Shown here: positions 20,705 through 32,800 of the stretch, one piece after another
Position numbering within the stretch: the stretch's first letter is position 1
Layout of the letters: each line of letters opens with the position of its first letter
NCBI GenBank assembly: GCA_963701095.1
Contig: OY969564.1
Coordinates: 2,496,001-2,560,000 of the forward strand
Length of the DNA stretch: 64,000 bases
Direction of reading: 5' to 3'
DNA from: an uncultured Methanoregulaceae archaeon
GTDB taxonomy: Archaea; Halobacteriota; Methanomicrobia; Methanomicrobiales; Methanospirillaceae
Position numbers and translations under genes: made by a program
Notes under the pieces: model-generated
What the model was told of the DNA's origin: nothing
What the model saw: only the letters and a program-made list of their open reading frames with translations
Database searches by the model: none

Positions 20705-23700
20705 TCACCCAACAGGATGGATCTCTCCTATTTTCTCGCTGATTGGAATGGTAAGACTAAAACAGGTCCCGCATGCATGATCAAGTGTTATTGTCCCCCG
20801 AAGTTGTTCTATGAGGATTTGAACGAGCTTTAACCCAAGAGTCCGGGTATTTTTCCAGTCGAAATCCGCAGGGATCCCGATACCGTTATCACAAATCGAC
20901 ACCGTAAGAATCTGCCCATCACGATGCGCCGAGATCGTACATTCTCCTTTTCTCCCATCAGGGAACGCATATTTGAGCATGTTCGATATTAATTCGTTAA
21001 ATATGAGACCAAGAGGAGCGGCGGTATCAACATCGAGCACGATGTTTTCTGCATCGAAGATAAGACTGAGGGTGGCAGGATCTTTCTGGTAGAAGGCAAA
21101 CAGGCTCCTGCTTAGGTACCGAAGGTATGCCCCGAAATCGATCCGTGCTAAATCCTTTGACATATGCAGGCGTTCGTGCACGAGCGAGATTGCCCGGACC
21201 CGGTTCTGGGTGTCCCTTAGCGATTCAACCACGGCGGGATCGTGGATGATTTTTGACTGGAGATTAATGAGGCTAATGATGATCTGGAGATTGTTCTTTA
21301 CCCGGTGATGAACTTCGCGGAGGAGGATTTCCTTTTCCTTGAGCTGGTCAGTGATTAGCTGTTCATCATGCAGGATCTGTGTGATATCATGAAGTGTTAC
21401 AAATACACCGTTAACGGAACCATCGCTATCTCGGAAGAGATTTGAACCGGAAATCACTGGTGTACCATGCCCATCGAGGTGAAGAATGATATACCGGCTG
21501 CCTATTACCTTTCCGTCTTTCAGGACTGCATCAAAGCCTGATTGGGCCTGTTCCTTATTTTCGACATAATCCAGAAAGGGAGTCCCGAGGAGCAAATCTC
21601 GCCCCAGCCCCGTAATTTTTTCACCGGCCTTGTTGACATCCTTTATCCTGCCATCGGTACCGATAAGGACAAGAGGATCGAGATCCGCTTCGATCAGGCT
21701 GCGCGTATACGTTCTCGCATCGTCAAGTTCCCGGGTCCTGTCCTGCACGCGTTGCTCAAGAGTGTGGGTGAGTTCCTTGAGATCATTCTCAGTTTTTTTG
21801 ATTGCGGTGATATCCCGGATGGATTCTATCGCGCCAGCGATTTCTCCAGTTTGATTGAAAAGAGGGGTTGCGACGATCCAGAGATCTGCTGGTTTTCCCA
21901 ACAGGGAATGTACGTGGAACTGGCCGGAGAGAATTTTACCATCCTGGCGGGTATTTTTGTAATGCTTCTGGAGTTCTTCAGAATCCATGTGAATGACTAG
22001 ATCGATCAGAAGAGGTCTTCGTTCCCCAAACAATCGGAAAGCGTATTCATAGTCACCCTTTCCAAGAATTGCTTCCGGGGGAATTCCAGAGAGATTCTGG
22101 ATAGCGAGGTTCCAGGAGATGACCTTTCCTTTGTTATCGATCACAAATGTCGGATCTGGAAGGAAGCTGATGATATCAAAGAGCTGGTGTCTTGACTCAC
22201 GGAGTGCATTTTCCATCTCCTTACGTTCTGTAATATCCTGATTTGCACCATATGTCCGGATTACGGTTCCGTCAGGACCCATGACCGGCGCATATCGTGC
22301 AATAATCGTCCGGACACTCCCGTCCCTGGGTGTAATACGGTGTTCCAACTGGCCGGTATAGGCTGGATCCTTAGTTACAAGTAGTTTCTGGATTTCTCCA
22401 GGTACATTTTGCCGGTCTTCCGGATACACAAACTGCTGCATGTAGGTCTCAGCTGACATCAGGTTACCACCCTCTCGGTCGGCATTTGATCCATAGAGTG
22501 CATAAAACCGGTCATCAAACGTGAACATCCCTGATGCGACATCAAACTCCCAGTTCACGAGATGGGCAATATCCATTGCTGAGGCAAGCCGTTTTTGGCT
22601 CTCCCGAAGGTTTTCCTCACTTTTTCTAAGCGCCTTTTCTGCCTGCCGGCTTTCAGTGATGTCGCTGAAAACCGCAACAAAAAATTCCTCTTCCGGGGAA
22701 TATACAGAGATATGCAGCAGTTTTTTCGACGGGGTGAAATCGAGATCGAACGATTCGGGTTTGCGGGTCCGGGCGACCCTTCCGTAAATTTCGAACAACT
22801 CTGGAAATGCAGAGCGGATACCCGGGAATACTTTCGTAACCGGTTTCCCTAAAACCACGTCGGCGCCGATAATCCGGTTAAAGACGTCGTTGACAGCGAG
22901 ATAAATAAAATCTATTGATTGACCCTTATCGTCATAGATCATGCGACAGTAGGCTAACCCTTCTGCCATGTTATCGAAGAGGGTGCGGTATTTCTCCTCA
23001 CTCTCCCGCAGCGCTTCTTCGACTAGCTTGCGGTCAGTGATGTCAAGTGTGGTGCCGACATAACGAATCAGCGTTCCATCGTCGGCAAAATACGGATTCG
23101 CACGGTTATATACCCATCGCACGCTACCGTCAGGCCGAATAATCCGGTGCTCCAACACATACATCGAGCGGTTCCGCATCGCCGTGGTGAAAGTCTCATG
23201 CAGCAAGGTCGCGTCATCGGGATGGACGTACTTCTTTAGCATTTCATCGTACTCCGGGGAGGGGCCTGCGGGATCGAGGCCATATATACGGTACTCCTCT
23301 TCAGACCATACCGTAGTCCGCGTCACGGCAAAATACTCAAAGCTGCCCAGATGCGCGATCTTCTGGGCTTCCGCCAACGTTTTACGCGTCTCCTCCAACG
23401 CCTTTTCGGCCTTTTTCCGATCGGTAATGTCCCGAATGACAGACTACAACTACTTTTCTTCCGCCAAGGAAGGAAACATGGGCATTGATCTCGACCGGAA
23501 CAATTGTCCCGTCTTTTCTCCGATGTTCGGTTTCGAATATCGATTGGCCGACAGTTGATAACTCTTTAGTAATCTCTGGCAAAGGCTTGGAGTGGGACCC
23601 GCTCACAAAATCAAGAGGTCCAAACTGAAGCAATTCCTCTCGTGTATACTGCAACATCCGGCACGCGACTTCATTTACCTCAACAAATTTTCCCGGTTTA

Positions 23701-24554
23701 CCGTCAGATTCTATCTCGTGAATATGGATTCCATCATTTATCGTGTCAAAGATGCCCCGGAATTTCTCCTCACTCTCACGGAGCGCCCGGTCTGCCTGTC
23801 TACGGGTGGTGATATCCTCAAAAATCGTGACAAATCTGCCTTTTCCGGATGAATAAACGGATATTGCAAAATGCTTTTTCATCGGTGGAAAATATTCTTC
23901 GAACACTTCTGGCTGACCCGAAGCAGCAACCCGTCCATAGAGATCGAGGAATGGAGGAGTGTCGATACTATATGCCTCCCGGCTAGTTTTTCCGATAACA
24001 TCATTTCGATTGATTCCAAGGATCCTTTCGAATGCCATATTCACCTCGAGAATACGGTAATCGACCGGGTTTCCAGATAAGTCATAGATTATCTCATGGA
24101 ATGCACTCCCGTTGATCATCTGGTTTGAGAGATTCCGGAAGTCCTCCTCACTTTTCCGCAGATTTTCGATTGCTAGTCGTAAATCTAACGATTTTCTCTC
24201 AAGATTATCAGAGAGCATGGCAATAATGACACCAATGATGATAAACATCCCTGCACGAAGACCAGCGAATTCGATCTCAATAACTGAGGGATAAACGAAA
24301 AAAACAGCAAGGGCAAAATAGATCCCTGAAAGGATAAAGATCAGCGGTATGCCACGACACCGATAGTAATACCCAACAAGGACAAGCGGGAAAAAATACA
24401 GGAGGTTGAAGGCAGAGTTGATATGGTAGATAAAGCAGAACACCGCAATTGCAAGAATGACGGCAATACTCCCCCAGATAGCAACAGGAAGAATCCAGGA
24501 ACGTCTTCTTTTCCAGAAACCGGATCCTGCTGAAAACATCTGTAATCGTCTCAC
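20705..24554 (-). CDS. Large membrane multi-PAS histidine kinase (frameshift near 23445)
   Basis: ORFs 23382-24554 and 20705-23398 join as ...GRKVV/SVIRDITDRKKAEKALEETRK; EVHHRVKNNLQ, DNGIG. Confidence 0.88.
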
Positions 24555-24711
24555 CGGTGAGTTGATATCTGAACTATTTAATGGTTCAGCTCTGATTGGC
24601 TTTGCATCTCAGATCCTCAAAGTCGATCTCTTCGAAACATTTTTGTGGGCCGAACCTCACAGTGACTATACCTGAACTTGAGGGAGCGACAGTCAGCCAG
24701 ATCGTTTTCTT

Positions 24712-25041
24712 ATGGATTCCCATGATGAATATTCTCAACAGACCGCAGAATACGCAATGGCATTGGATCTCTGTTCCCGGAAGATGGACTTTTCCTGCCA
24801 TACATCCGAGACTGGACTTTTCCTCACATATCGCGATAATGGTGTGGGTATCTCTGAAGAGGACAAAAAGAAACGCTTCAAGAAGGGGTTCGGGAAGCAT
24901 ACCGGCCTTGGCCTCTACCTCTCCCGCTCGATCCTTGCAATCACCGGTAATTCCATCACAGAGACCGGGGTCCCGGGGACAGGGGTGCAATTTGAGATAC
25001 TTATTCCATTTAGACTGTACCGCTTCCCAATTCCTCGTTAA
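24712..25041 (+). pseudogene. Remnant HATPase_c domain of a histidine kinase
   Basis: YRDNGVGI...GFGKHTGLGLYLSR...GVQFEI present; no H-box; stops upstream. Confidence 0.7.
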
Positions 25042-25391
25042 TGGTAAAGATTCCCTGTTTAGCTGACAAAACAAGGATGCATTTTCCTCAGTTGGTTCAC
25101 AGCTTCCCGTGGAAGGCGAAAATCACGTCTTATGTAGTAGAGTGGAGATAATATATTGAGTGATTAATTATATTAACATTGATAATCTCACCATCCCTAT
25201 ACTCCTATGCAAACTATCGGATTATTTTTTTAATAATCTAGTAGGGGAGCCTGCAAAATACGTCCTCATACAGAACAGCGGAGAACCCACCTCTTGAAGA
25301 GGATTCTAAAGAGGGCCGGTCGATTTTCCGGAGCCTTCTCATTATTTCCGGTGCCGGATCCTTTGTTATAGGTGCTGCCGGAATTCTAGGG

Positions 25392-28127
25392 TTGTTTTTT
25401 GGGATTTCCACACTCACCAGTGTCTGGCCGGGAGACAAACCAATCGCTTTATCTGCTGCATTGGTATGGGTTTTTTTTGGGTTGGTACTGATCATCCATG
25501 CGCGACACTCGCCCTCCAGGGCCGGGCAGATATTCGTTGGGGCACCGCTTGCTCTTATCGCCGTATCAGCCGCCCTTGAACTTCCCCTCAACCTGCTCGG
25601 TCACCATTTCCTGATCGAGAACTTCATCAACAGCGTTGCAGCACCTTTCATGGCCGCCTCTCTCTCCCCCATTTCTCCTGTTGCCACGTTTCTGGTTATT
25701 CCTTCTGCTATTGGCCTGTTTCTGCTGAACTTCATGCCAGAAAAACATCCCCGGGACCAGCACGAACAGAATATCGTGAGTATAATCGGGTTTTTTTGCG
25801 CTGCAACCGGCTTTCTGTTAGCGGTGAGCTACCTGTATGGTTCGCCATTTTTCTATAACACTCAGATCACACCTATTGCCTTCACTTCTGCACTTGCCGG
25901 TATGTTTGTGGGAACCGGCTTGATAGTGGCGGCAGGGTTAGATGCATTTCCACTGGTTTATTTTTCCGGCTCCAGCACTCGAGCACGGCTCCTCCGGGTC
26001 TTCTTCCCCCTTACGATCGCATTTGTCCTTCTCCAAAACCTGTTTTCTGTTGTTTTAGTCTCAATCCTGCATGTTCGTCAGGCAATCGAATTTGCAGTAT
26101 GCCTTCTCCTGTTCTGCCTCCTCACCAGTTTGGTCATCAACAAAGTTACAAAAGAAATAGGATTGTCCATAGATCAGGAAGCGAAGAAGCGAAAGGAAGC
26201 TGAAGAAATACTTGTAAAAAGCCAGGCAGATCTGACTGCTGCCTATGAAGAGATTATAACCTCTGAAGAGGAGAGAATCCTTCTTGCGGCCATCGTAGAA
26301 TACTCTGATGATGCCATCATAGGTAAAACACTGGATGGGATCATTACCAGCTGGAATGCTGCTTCTGAGAAGATCTATGGATATACTTCAGCCGAGACCG
26401 TTGGTAAGCATATTTCGATTATCGTCCCCCCGGACCGGCTAGATGAACTTGCTGGAATCATGCCGAAGATTTCTCATGGTGATCATGTCACCCATTTCGA
26501 AACCGATCGGCTGAAAAAAAACGGTTCCCGTATCAGGGTTTCCCTGACAATATCCCCCATCAGGAGTCATGATGGCCGTATTACCGGAGTCTCCACAATT
26601 GCACGAGATATTACCGAACTCAAAGAAACCGAATTATCACTTAAAAAAAGCGAAGAGCAGTACCGGTTGCTGTTTGAGAATATGAATGAGGGATTTGCCT
26701 ATTGCCGTATGTTCTATACTGACAGAGGTGAGCCAATCGATTTCGTATTTCTGAATGTCAATAATGCATTTGAAAGAATTATAGGTACGGGTATCGTAAT
26801 CGGGAAACCGGTTACGGAAGTGTTCCCCGGTATTCGCAATGCATTTCCGCAACTGTTTGAGATTTACGGCCGGGTGACCCGGACCGGGAAACCCGAATCG
26901 TTTGAGATCAATTTTATGCCCGTGAAAAAATGGCTATTCATCTCAGTGTATTCTCCTTCCCCGGAACACTTTGTTGCAATCTTTACTGATATCACGGACC
27001 GTAAGCATGCAGAAAAAAATCTTCGTGATGCCAATGAATATCTCCAAAACCTGATAAACTATGCAAATGCCCCGATCATCGTCTGGGATCCGGAGTTCCG
27101 GATCACCAGGTTCAACCACGCATTCGAACTGCTGACCGGCAGAACCGAGAAGGACGTTATTGGCCTAAATCTTGGGATTCTCTTCCCGGAAACAAGTAGA
27201 GATGCATCCTTCGAATTCATAAGAAAAGCTCTTTCCGGTGAGCGGTGGGAGATCGTAGAAATACCGATTCTCAATGTATCCGGTGAGATAAGGATAGTAC
27301 TCTGGAACTCGGCCAATATTGTTGATCCCAGCGGAAAAATAATATCGATCATCGCGCAGGGTCAGGATATTACAGACCGTAAGCTGACTGAAGCAGAACG
27401 TGAGCAAATTATCAAGGATCTTGAGCAGAAAAATGCCGAACTCGAACGCTTTACGTATACCGCTTCGCATGACTTAAAAAGCCCGTTAATCACTATCCGC
27501 GGTTTTTCTGACATTTTGGCAGAAGATATCAAGAAAAACGATATGGTCATGGTGGTACGGGATCTGGATCGAATCAATGCAGCAGCACAGAAGATGGAAA
27601 TTCTCCTTAAGGATCTCCTGAATCTTTCAAGGATCGGCAGAATCGTCAACCCCCCCGAAAATGTGCCGTTTGGTGAAATTGCAAACGAAGCTGTTGAGCT
27701 CCTGAATGCATCCCTCCAGCAGCATAACGTTACAGTAACAATTGATCCGGATATGCCAACCGTCTGCGTCGATAACGTCAGGGTTCGCGAAGCCCTGACA
27801 AATCTTGTAGAGAACGCGATCAAATTCATGGATGACCAGTCACACCCGGAGATCCATATCGGAGTGAAATATGATGAAAAACAGCCGGTATTTTTTGTTC
27901 GAGACAACGGTATCGGTATCGATCCAAGATACCAGATACGAATTTTCAACTTGTTTGAAAAACTGGACCCAAGAAAGGAAGGTTCGGGTGCGGGTCTTGC
28001 CATCGTTAAACGGATTATTGAAGTTCACGGCGGAAAAATCTGGGTGGAATCCGCAGGTGACGGTAGTGGAAGTACGTTCTGGTTCACGCTGCCGGTTGTC
28101 CCCGCTACTGGAGAAGATACCGTATGA
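25392..28127 (+). CDS. Membrane multi-PAS histidine kinase (Cph1-like HisKA); start uncertain
   Basis: TM helices, 3 PAS, FTYTASHDLKSPL, NLVENAIKF, DNGIG, GAGLAIVKR; the frame is open back to ~25245. Confidence 0.9.
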   Translation: MFFGISTLTSVWPGDKPIALSAALVWVFFGLVLIIHARHSPSRAGQIFVGAPLALIAVSAALELPLNLLGHHFLIENFINSVAAPFMAASLSPISPVATFLVIPSAIGLFLLNFMPEKHPRDQHEQNIVSIIGFFCAATGFLLAVSYLYGSPFFYNTQITPIAFTSALAGMFVGTGLIVAAGLDAFPLVYFSGSSTRARLLRVFFPLTIAFVLLQNLFSVVLVSILHVRQAIEFAVCLLLFCLLTSLVINKVTKEIGLSIDQEAKKRKEAEEILVKSQADLTAAYEEIITSEEERILLAAIVEYSDDAIIGKTLDGIITSWNAASEKIYGYTSAETVGKHISIIVPPDRLDELAGIMPKISHGDHVTHFETDRLKKNGSRIRVSLTISPIRSHDGRITGVSTIARDITELKETELSLKKSEEQYRLLFENMNEGFAYCRMFYTDRGEPIDFVFLNVNNAFERIIGTGIVIGKPVTEVFPGIRNAFPQLFEIYGRVTRTGKPESFEINFMPVKKWLFISVYSPSPEHFVAIFTDITDRKHAEKNLRDANEYLQNLINYANAPIIVWDPEFRITRFNHAFELLTGRTEKDVIGLNLGILFPETSRDASFEFIRKALSGERWEIVEIPILNVSGEIRIVLWNSANIVDPSGKIISIIAQGQDITDRKLTEAEREQIIKDLEQKNAELERFTYTASHDLKSPLITIRGFSDILAEDIKKNDMVMVVRDLDRINAAAQKMEILLKDLLNLSRIGRIVNPPENVPFGEIANEAVELLNASLQQHNVTVTIDPDMPTVCVDNVRVREALTNLVENAIKFMDDQSHPEIHIGVKYDEKQPVFFVRDNGIGIDPRYQIRIFNLFEKLDPRKEGSGAGLAIVKRIIEVHGGKIWVESAGDGSGSTFWFTLPVVPATGEDTV

Positions 28128-29344
28128 AAAAACAACCCGTAGCATCAATCAATTCAGAAAAAAAGCCGAAAAATTCTGCCGGCATAATAAAAAAGCAGAG
28201 AAGATCAGAGAATTCCAGGGAACCTGAAAAGACAATCAGTTGGGAATCAGTCTTCCGTGCAATCGGTACACCAGTCCTTATTCTTTCCCCCGATTACACA
28301 ATCCTTGCTGCGAATGATACAATCTTGCGTTTGACCGGAAAAACAGAAACAGAACTCCGGAATATGAAGTGTTGGGAGGTTTTCCACGGGCACGACGCGA
28401 AATGTCCCCCGCAGGGTTGCCCGATGGAAAAGTTACTCATCTCTAAAAAACACGAAACTGCTGATATGAAGGTATCCTTGGATAGCGGGTGCTACCTGGT
28501 ATCCTGCACGCCGGTTTTTGATAAGAGGGGAGTTCTCACCACAATCATCCACATTGCCACAAATATCACAGGAACGAAGAAGATTGAACGGGAGCACGAG
28601 ATCCTCATAAAGGATCTCGCGCAGAAAAATGATGAGCTCGAACGGTTCACATACACCGTTTCGCATGATCTCCAGAGTCCACTCACAACCATCCGTGGAT
28701 TCGCAAGCCTTGTGGAAGAAGATATTAGGAAAAATGATAAGGCGAACGTGGCACGGGATCTTGAACGTATAAATAAAGCCGCACAGAAAATGGAGACACT
28801 CTTACAACATCTCCTCACCCTTTCAAGAATCGGCAGAATTGCCAACCCCCCGGAAAATGCTCCGTTTGTTGAGATCGCACAAGAAGCAGTGGAACTTCTG
28901 CATGCAAACCTTCATGTGAGGCATGTGAAGGTCACGATCGATCCGGGTATGCCATCAGTTAATGTAGACCGTATTCGAATGCGTGAAGCGATAATAAACC
29001 TCATCGATAATGCGATCAAGTTCATGGGAGACCAGTCGCACCCGGAGATTCATATAGGTACACAGTATGTCGAAGGGTCGCCGGTATTCTTTGTCCGGGA
29101 TAATGGTATCGGGATTGAATTGAAAAACTACGGACAGATCTTCAACCTGTTCGAAAAACTGGATGACAAAAAAGAAGGTTCCGGGGCAGGTCTTGCTATT
29201 GTAAAACGTATCATTGAAGTCCATGGGGGTAAGATCTGGGTAGAATCGAAGGGTAATGGAAACGGATGCACATTCCTGTTCACGCTTCCTGCCCTTGTAA
29301 CGGATAAAAGAGATATGTATAATAAGGCTAACAGGGGAGAATGA
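28124..29344 (+). CDS. PAS histidine kinase
   Basis: PAS with a Cys motif; FTYTVSHDLQSPL; kinase core closely similar to the upstream gene. Confidence 0.9.
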   Translation: MKKQPVASINSEKKPKNSAGIIKKQRRSENSREPEKTISWESVFRAIGTPVLILSPDYTILAANDTILRLTGKTETELRNMKCWEVFHGHDAKCPPQGCPMEKLLISKKHETADMKVSLDSGCYLVSCTPVFDKRGVLTTIIHIATNITGTKKIEREHEILIKDLAQKNDELERFTYTVSHDLQSPLTTIRGFASLVEEDIRKNDKANVARDLERINKAAQKMETLLQHLLTLSRIGRIANPPENAPFVEIAQEAVELLHANLHVRHVKVTIDPGMPSVNVDRIRMREAIINLIDNAIKFMGDQSHPEIHIGTQYVEGSPVFFVRDNGIGIELKNYGQIFNLFEKLDDKKEGSGAGLAIVKRIIEVHGGKIWVESKGNGNGCTFLFTLPALVTDKRDMYNKANRGE

Positions 29345-29808
29345 TTTATATGGTTGAACTTAATGGAGGACCACTCGTTATTCTGCTTGTCGAGGATAAT
29401 GAAGCTCATGCTGAACTTGTTGTGAGGAGTATGAAAGATCAACGCGTGGCAAATAAAATTTATCACGTTATTGATGGCCAGATGGCACTTGATTTCCTGA
29501 ACCGTACTGGAGATTTCAAGGATAAAGCAAAAAGTCCGTACCCGAACCTGATCCTCCTTGACCTGCGGCTTCCCAAAGTGGACGGGCTTGAAGTACTCAA
29601 AGAGATTAAGACTACACCTCACCTCCAGCGCATTCCTGTCGTTATCCTCACGAGCTCTGACGCTGAGACCGATATCGCCCAATCGTATGATTACCATGCG
29701 AACAGCTATGTGGTCAAACCACTTGAATTCAAAAAATTTACCCAGTTAATGGGAGACCTCGGGTTCTACTGGCTGGGCTGGAATACCTCTCCCCATAAAG
29801 AAGAGTAG
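29341..29808 (+). CDS. Single-domain response regulator (Rcp1-like)
   Basis: ILLVEDN, ILLDLRLPKVDG, ANSYVVKP, LGFYWL tail. Confidence 0.92.
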   Translation: MIYMVELNGGPLVILLVEDNEAHAELVVRSMKDQRVANKIYHVIDGQMALDFLNRTGDFKDKAKSPYPNLILLDLRLPKVDGLEVLKEIKTTPHLQRIPVVILTSSDAETDIAQSYDYHANSYVVKPLEFKKFTQLMGDLGFYWLGWNTSPHKEE

Positions 29809-29811
29809 TAT

Positions 29812-32800
29812 ATGAAAACTCCGCCACAAAAAAAACAACGAAAACGACGTTCGCCTTCCCTCCCAAACAATAAACCGCTCCATTTTCTTATCGTGGAAGA
29901 TGAGCCTTCTCATGCCGAACTTATCCGGCGCGGGCTTCTTTCGTATGATAACCCGTACCGGCTGACTGTCACGACATCGTTGGCTGGAGCCCGGGATCTG
30001 ATTTCTACTGATCCCCCGGATCTCATAATCTTAGACTGGCTGCTCCCGGACGGGAAAGGAGAGGAACTTCTGCCGGAAAACCCGGATTCGATCCTGTTTC
30101 CGGTTATTGTCATGACGAGTTATGGGGACAATAAGCTCGCCGCACAAATCCTCCAGAGAGGGGCGATAGATTATTTAGTAAAGGGGAAGCCTTTTTTCGA
30201 TGACTTACCTCACATCGCGGAACGTGCATTACAGACGTGGAAGAACCTTCAGTCACAGAAGATACTTGAAGGGAAGCTGATTGCCCAGGAGTCAGTTCTC
30301 CGTGCCCTTGTAAACAACCCGGCAGATTCCATCGTTCTGCTTGATAGTGATGGCACTATACTTGACCTGAACACAACCATGGTAGATCATCTGGGAATGC
30401 ATACGTCAGCTCTCATTGGAACATGTATATTCGATTATTTTCCGAAAAATCTTGCATCATCCCGGCGCCGACATATAAAAACGGTTTTCGAGACGGGAAC
30501 AGTGGCACGTTTCGATGATGAACGCGATGGCAGGTGGTATGATAATATTCTCCAGCCGGTTTTGAATAATACCGGAAAAGTTTCTCAGATCGTTATCATC
30601 GGCAGGGATATCAGTGAACGGAAACAGGTTGGTGAGGCGTTAAAAAAGAGCGAGGAACGGTACAGGATTCTAGTCGAGAATGTGCAGGAAGTTGTGTTTA
30701 TGATGACTTCCGACTTGAAGTTTACTTTCGTTAATCGAGCCACTGAGGATATGACCGGTTACTCTGCTGATGAAATGACCGGAAGATCCATTCTTGAGAT
30801 CCTGACGCCGCAGTCCGCAATGATTGTACAGAAGCGGCTTGATATGCGTAATGAAGAGGCGAACCACCACATAAAAGGTGCAAGCACCACATTCGAAATA
30901 GAAATACAGAAAAAAAACGGGGATATTATTCAGGCAGAGGTAAGTTCTAATCCCATTATAACCCCACGGGGAACATTGGCCGGCTTCCGGGGAATCGTCA
31001 GGGACGTCTCCGAGCGCAAACGGGTAGATGAGCGTCACAGGACGTACGAAACCCGACTCAATACCGCCATGGAGATCGGAAACATGGCGTGGTGGGAAAT
31101 GGATCTGCCGGGAGGGGAAGTAAGATTTGATGACCGGAAAGCCGCCATGCTGGGATATCCTTCAGACCGGTTCCATCATTACTCGGATTTTACAGCACTC
31201 CTCCACCCAAACGATTTTGAACCGACAATGCAGGCTATGCGGGATCATCTCTGCGGGAATCTTGAACGGTATTGTGCAGATTACCGTATCCGAACAGCTG
31301 ACGGAAAATTCCGATGGCTCCGGGATGTTGGCGGTATCACGAAATGGCATACCGATGGAACACCAGCAACGGTGACCGGTATCGTCATTGATATTACCGC
31401 GGGAAAACACGCAGAAGAGGCCCTGTATGAGAGCGAGGAGAGGTATCGAACCCTTGTTGAAGAGCTCCCTGACCTTGTTATTGTGCAACGGCAGGGAGAA
31501 CTCGTATATGTCAATGCAGCAGTCTTGAGGTTACTGGGGAACTCCGGGGTTAATGTGATTCACACCAGTATCTTCGACTATATCATGCCGGAATCCAGGG
31601 AAACGATCGTTAAGGCGATGGAAACGCGGGGAGGAGGAAGAAACCCGCTACCGTATGTCGTCAAGATTACTGTACCGGATGGTTCAATCCGGTGGGTTGA
31701 AATCCGGGGCGCTGACATCATGTATGAAGGACTACCGGCAACCCTCAATGTCCTGACAGACGTCACCGAGAAAAAATGGGCAGAAGAGGCAATCTTCGCA
31801 AGCGAACAGAAATTCCGGACACTTGCAGATTATACCTTTGATTGGGAGTATTGGATCGGCCCGGATGAGAAATACATTTATATCACTCCCTCCTGCGAAC
31901 GAATTACCGGATTCACGCCAGATGAGTTCTATTATAACAAGAATCTCCTTGACGATCTCATTGTACCTGAAGACAGAGATAAATTCCGGACACACAACAA
32001 TCAGGAAACGAATTTGCCAGATCCGGGGTTTATCGAGTTCCGGATACGGACAAAAGAGGACAACATCATATGGATCGGGCACATCTGCCACCCGATTTAC
32101 AATGCTGACGGGAAATATCTGGGGCGAAGGGGGAGCAACCGGGACATCACGCAAAGGAAGATGGCGGAAGAGGCGTTGCATCAGGAAGAGGCAAAATACC
32201 GCAGAATTTACGAGACTGCGTTCGAAGGGATATGGGGACTTGACGAGGGGTTCCATATACAATTTGTCAACCCGATGATGGCAAGATTGCTGGGTTATTC
32301 AATCGAGGAAATCATCGGCCACCATGTATCGGAGTTTATTGTCCCTGAAGATAAGGGAGATGCCGAACAGCACTTTGAGCTCCGGAAAAAAGGGTTAAAG
32401 GAACAGTTCGAACGCCGGTATAAACGCAAGGATGGTTCGATCATTACCCTTCTTGTTTCAGCTTCGCCTATCATTGGCGACGATCGGAAATTCAAAGGCT
32501 CGTTCGCCATGTTTACGGATATTACCGATCGCAAACAAGCAGAGGAAGCTCTGCGCGAAAGTGAGACCCGGTTCCGTTTGCTTATCCAGAATGCATCTGA
32601 CATGATCCGGATCCTCGGTCATGACAGGAAGATAGTGTATGAATCCCCGTCGTCGGAACCCATTCTTGGCTATCCAACCGGAACCTTAATCGGGAAAAAT
32701 CCTTTGGAATATATTCATCCTGATGACCGGGAACGAGTAAAATCAGATTTCCAGAGGGTTATTGAACGGAAGAATTTAGGTATACCTACAGAATTCCGGA

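Noticed and set aside
27362..29697. Long antisense ORFs (213, 117 and 189 aa) and similar shadow ORFs across the window
   Set aside because: They lie opposite well-supported genes and have no motifs
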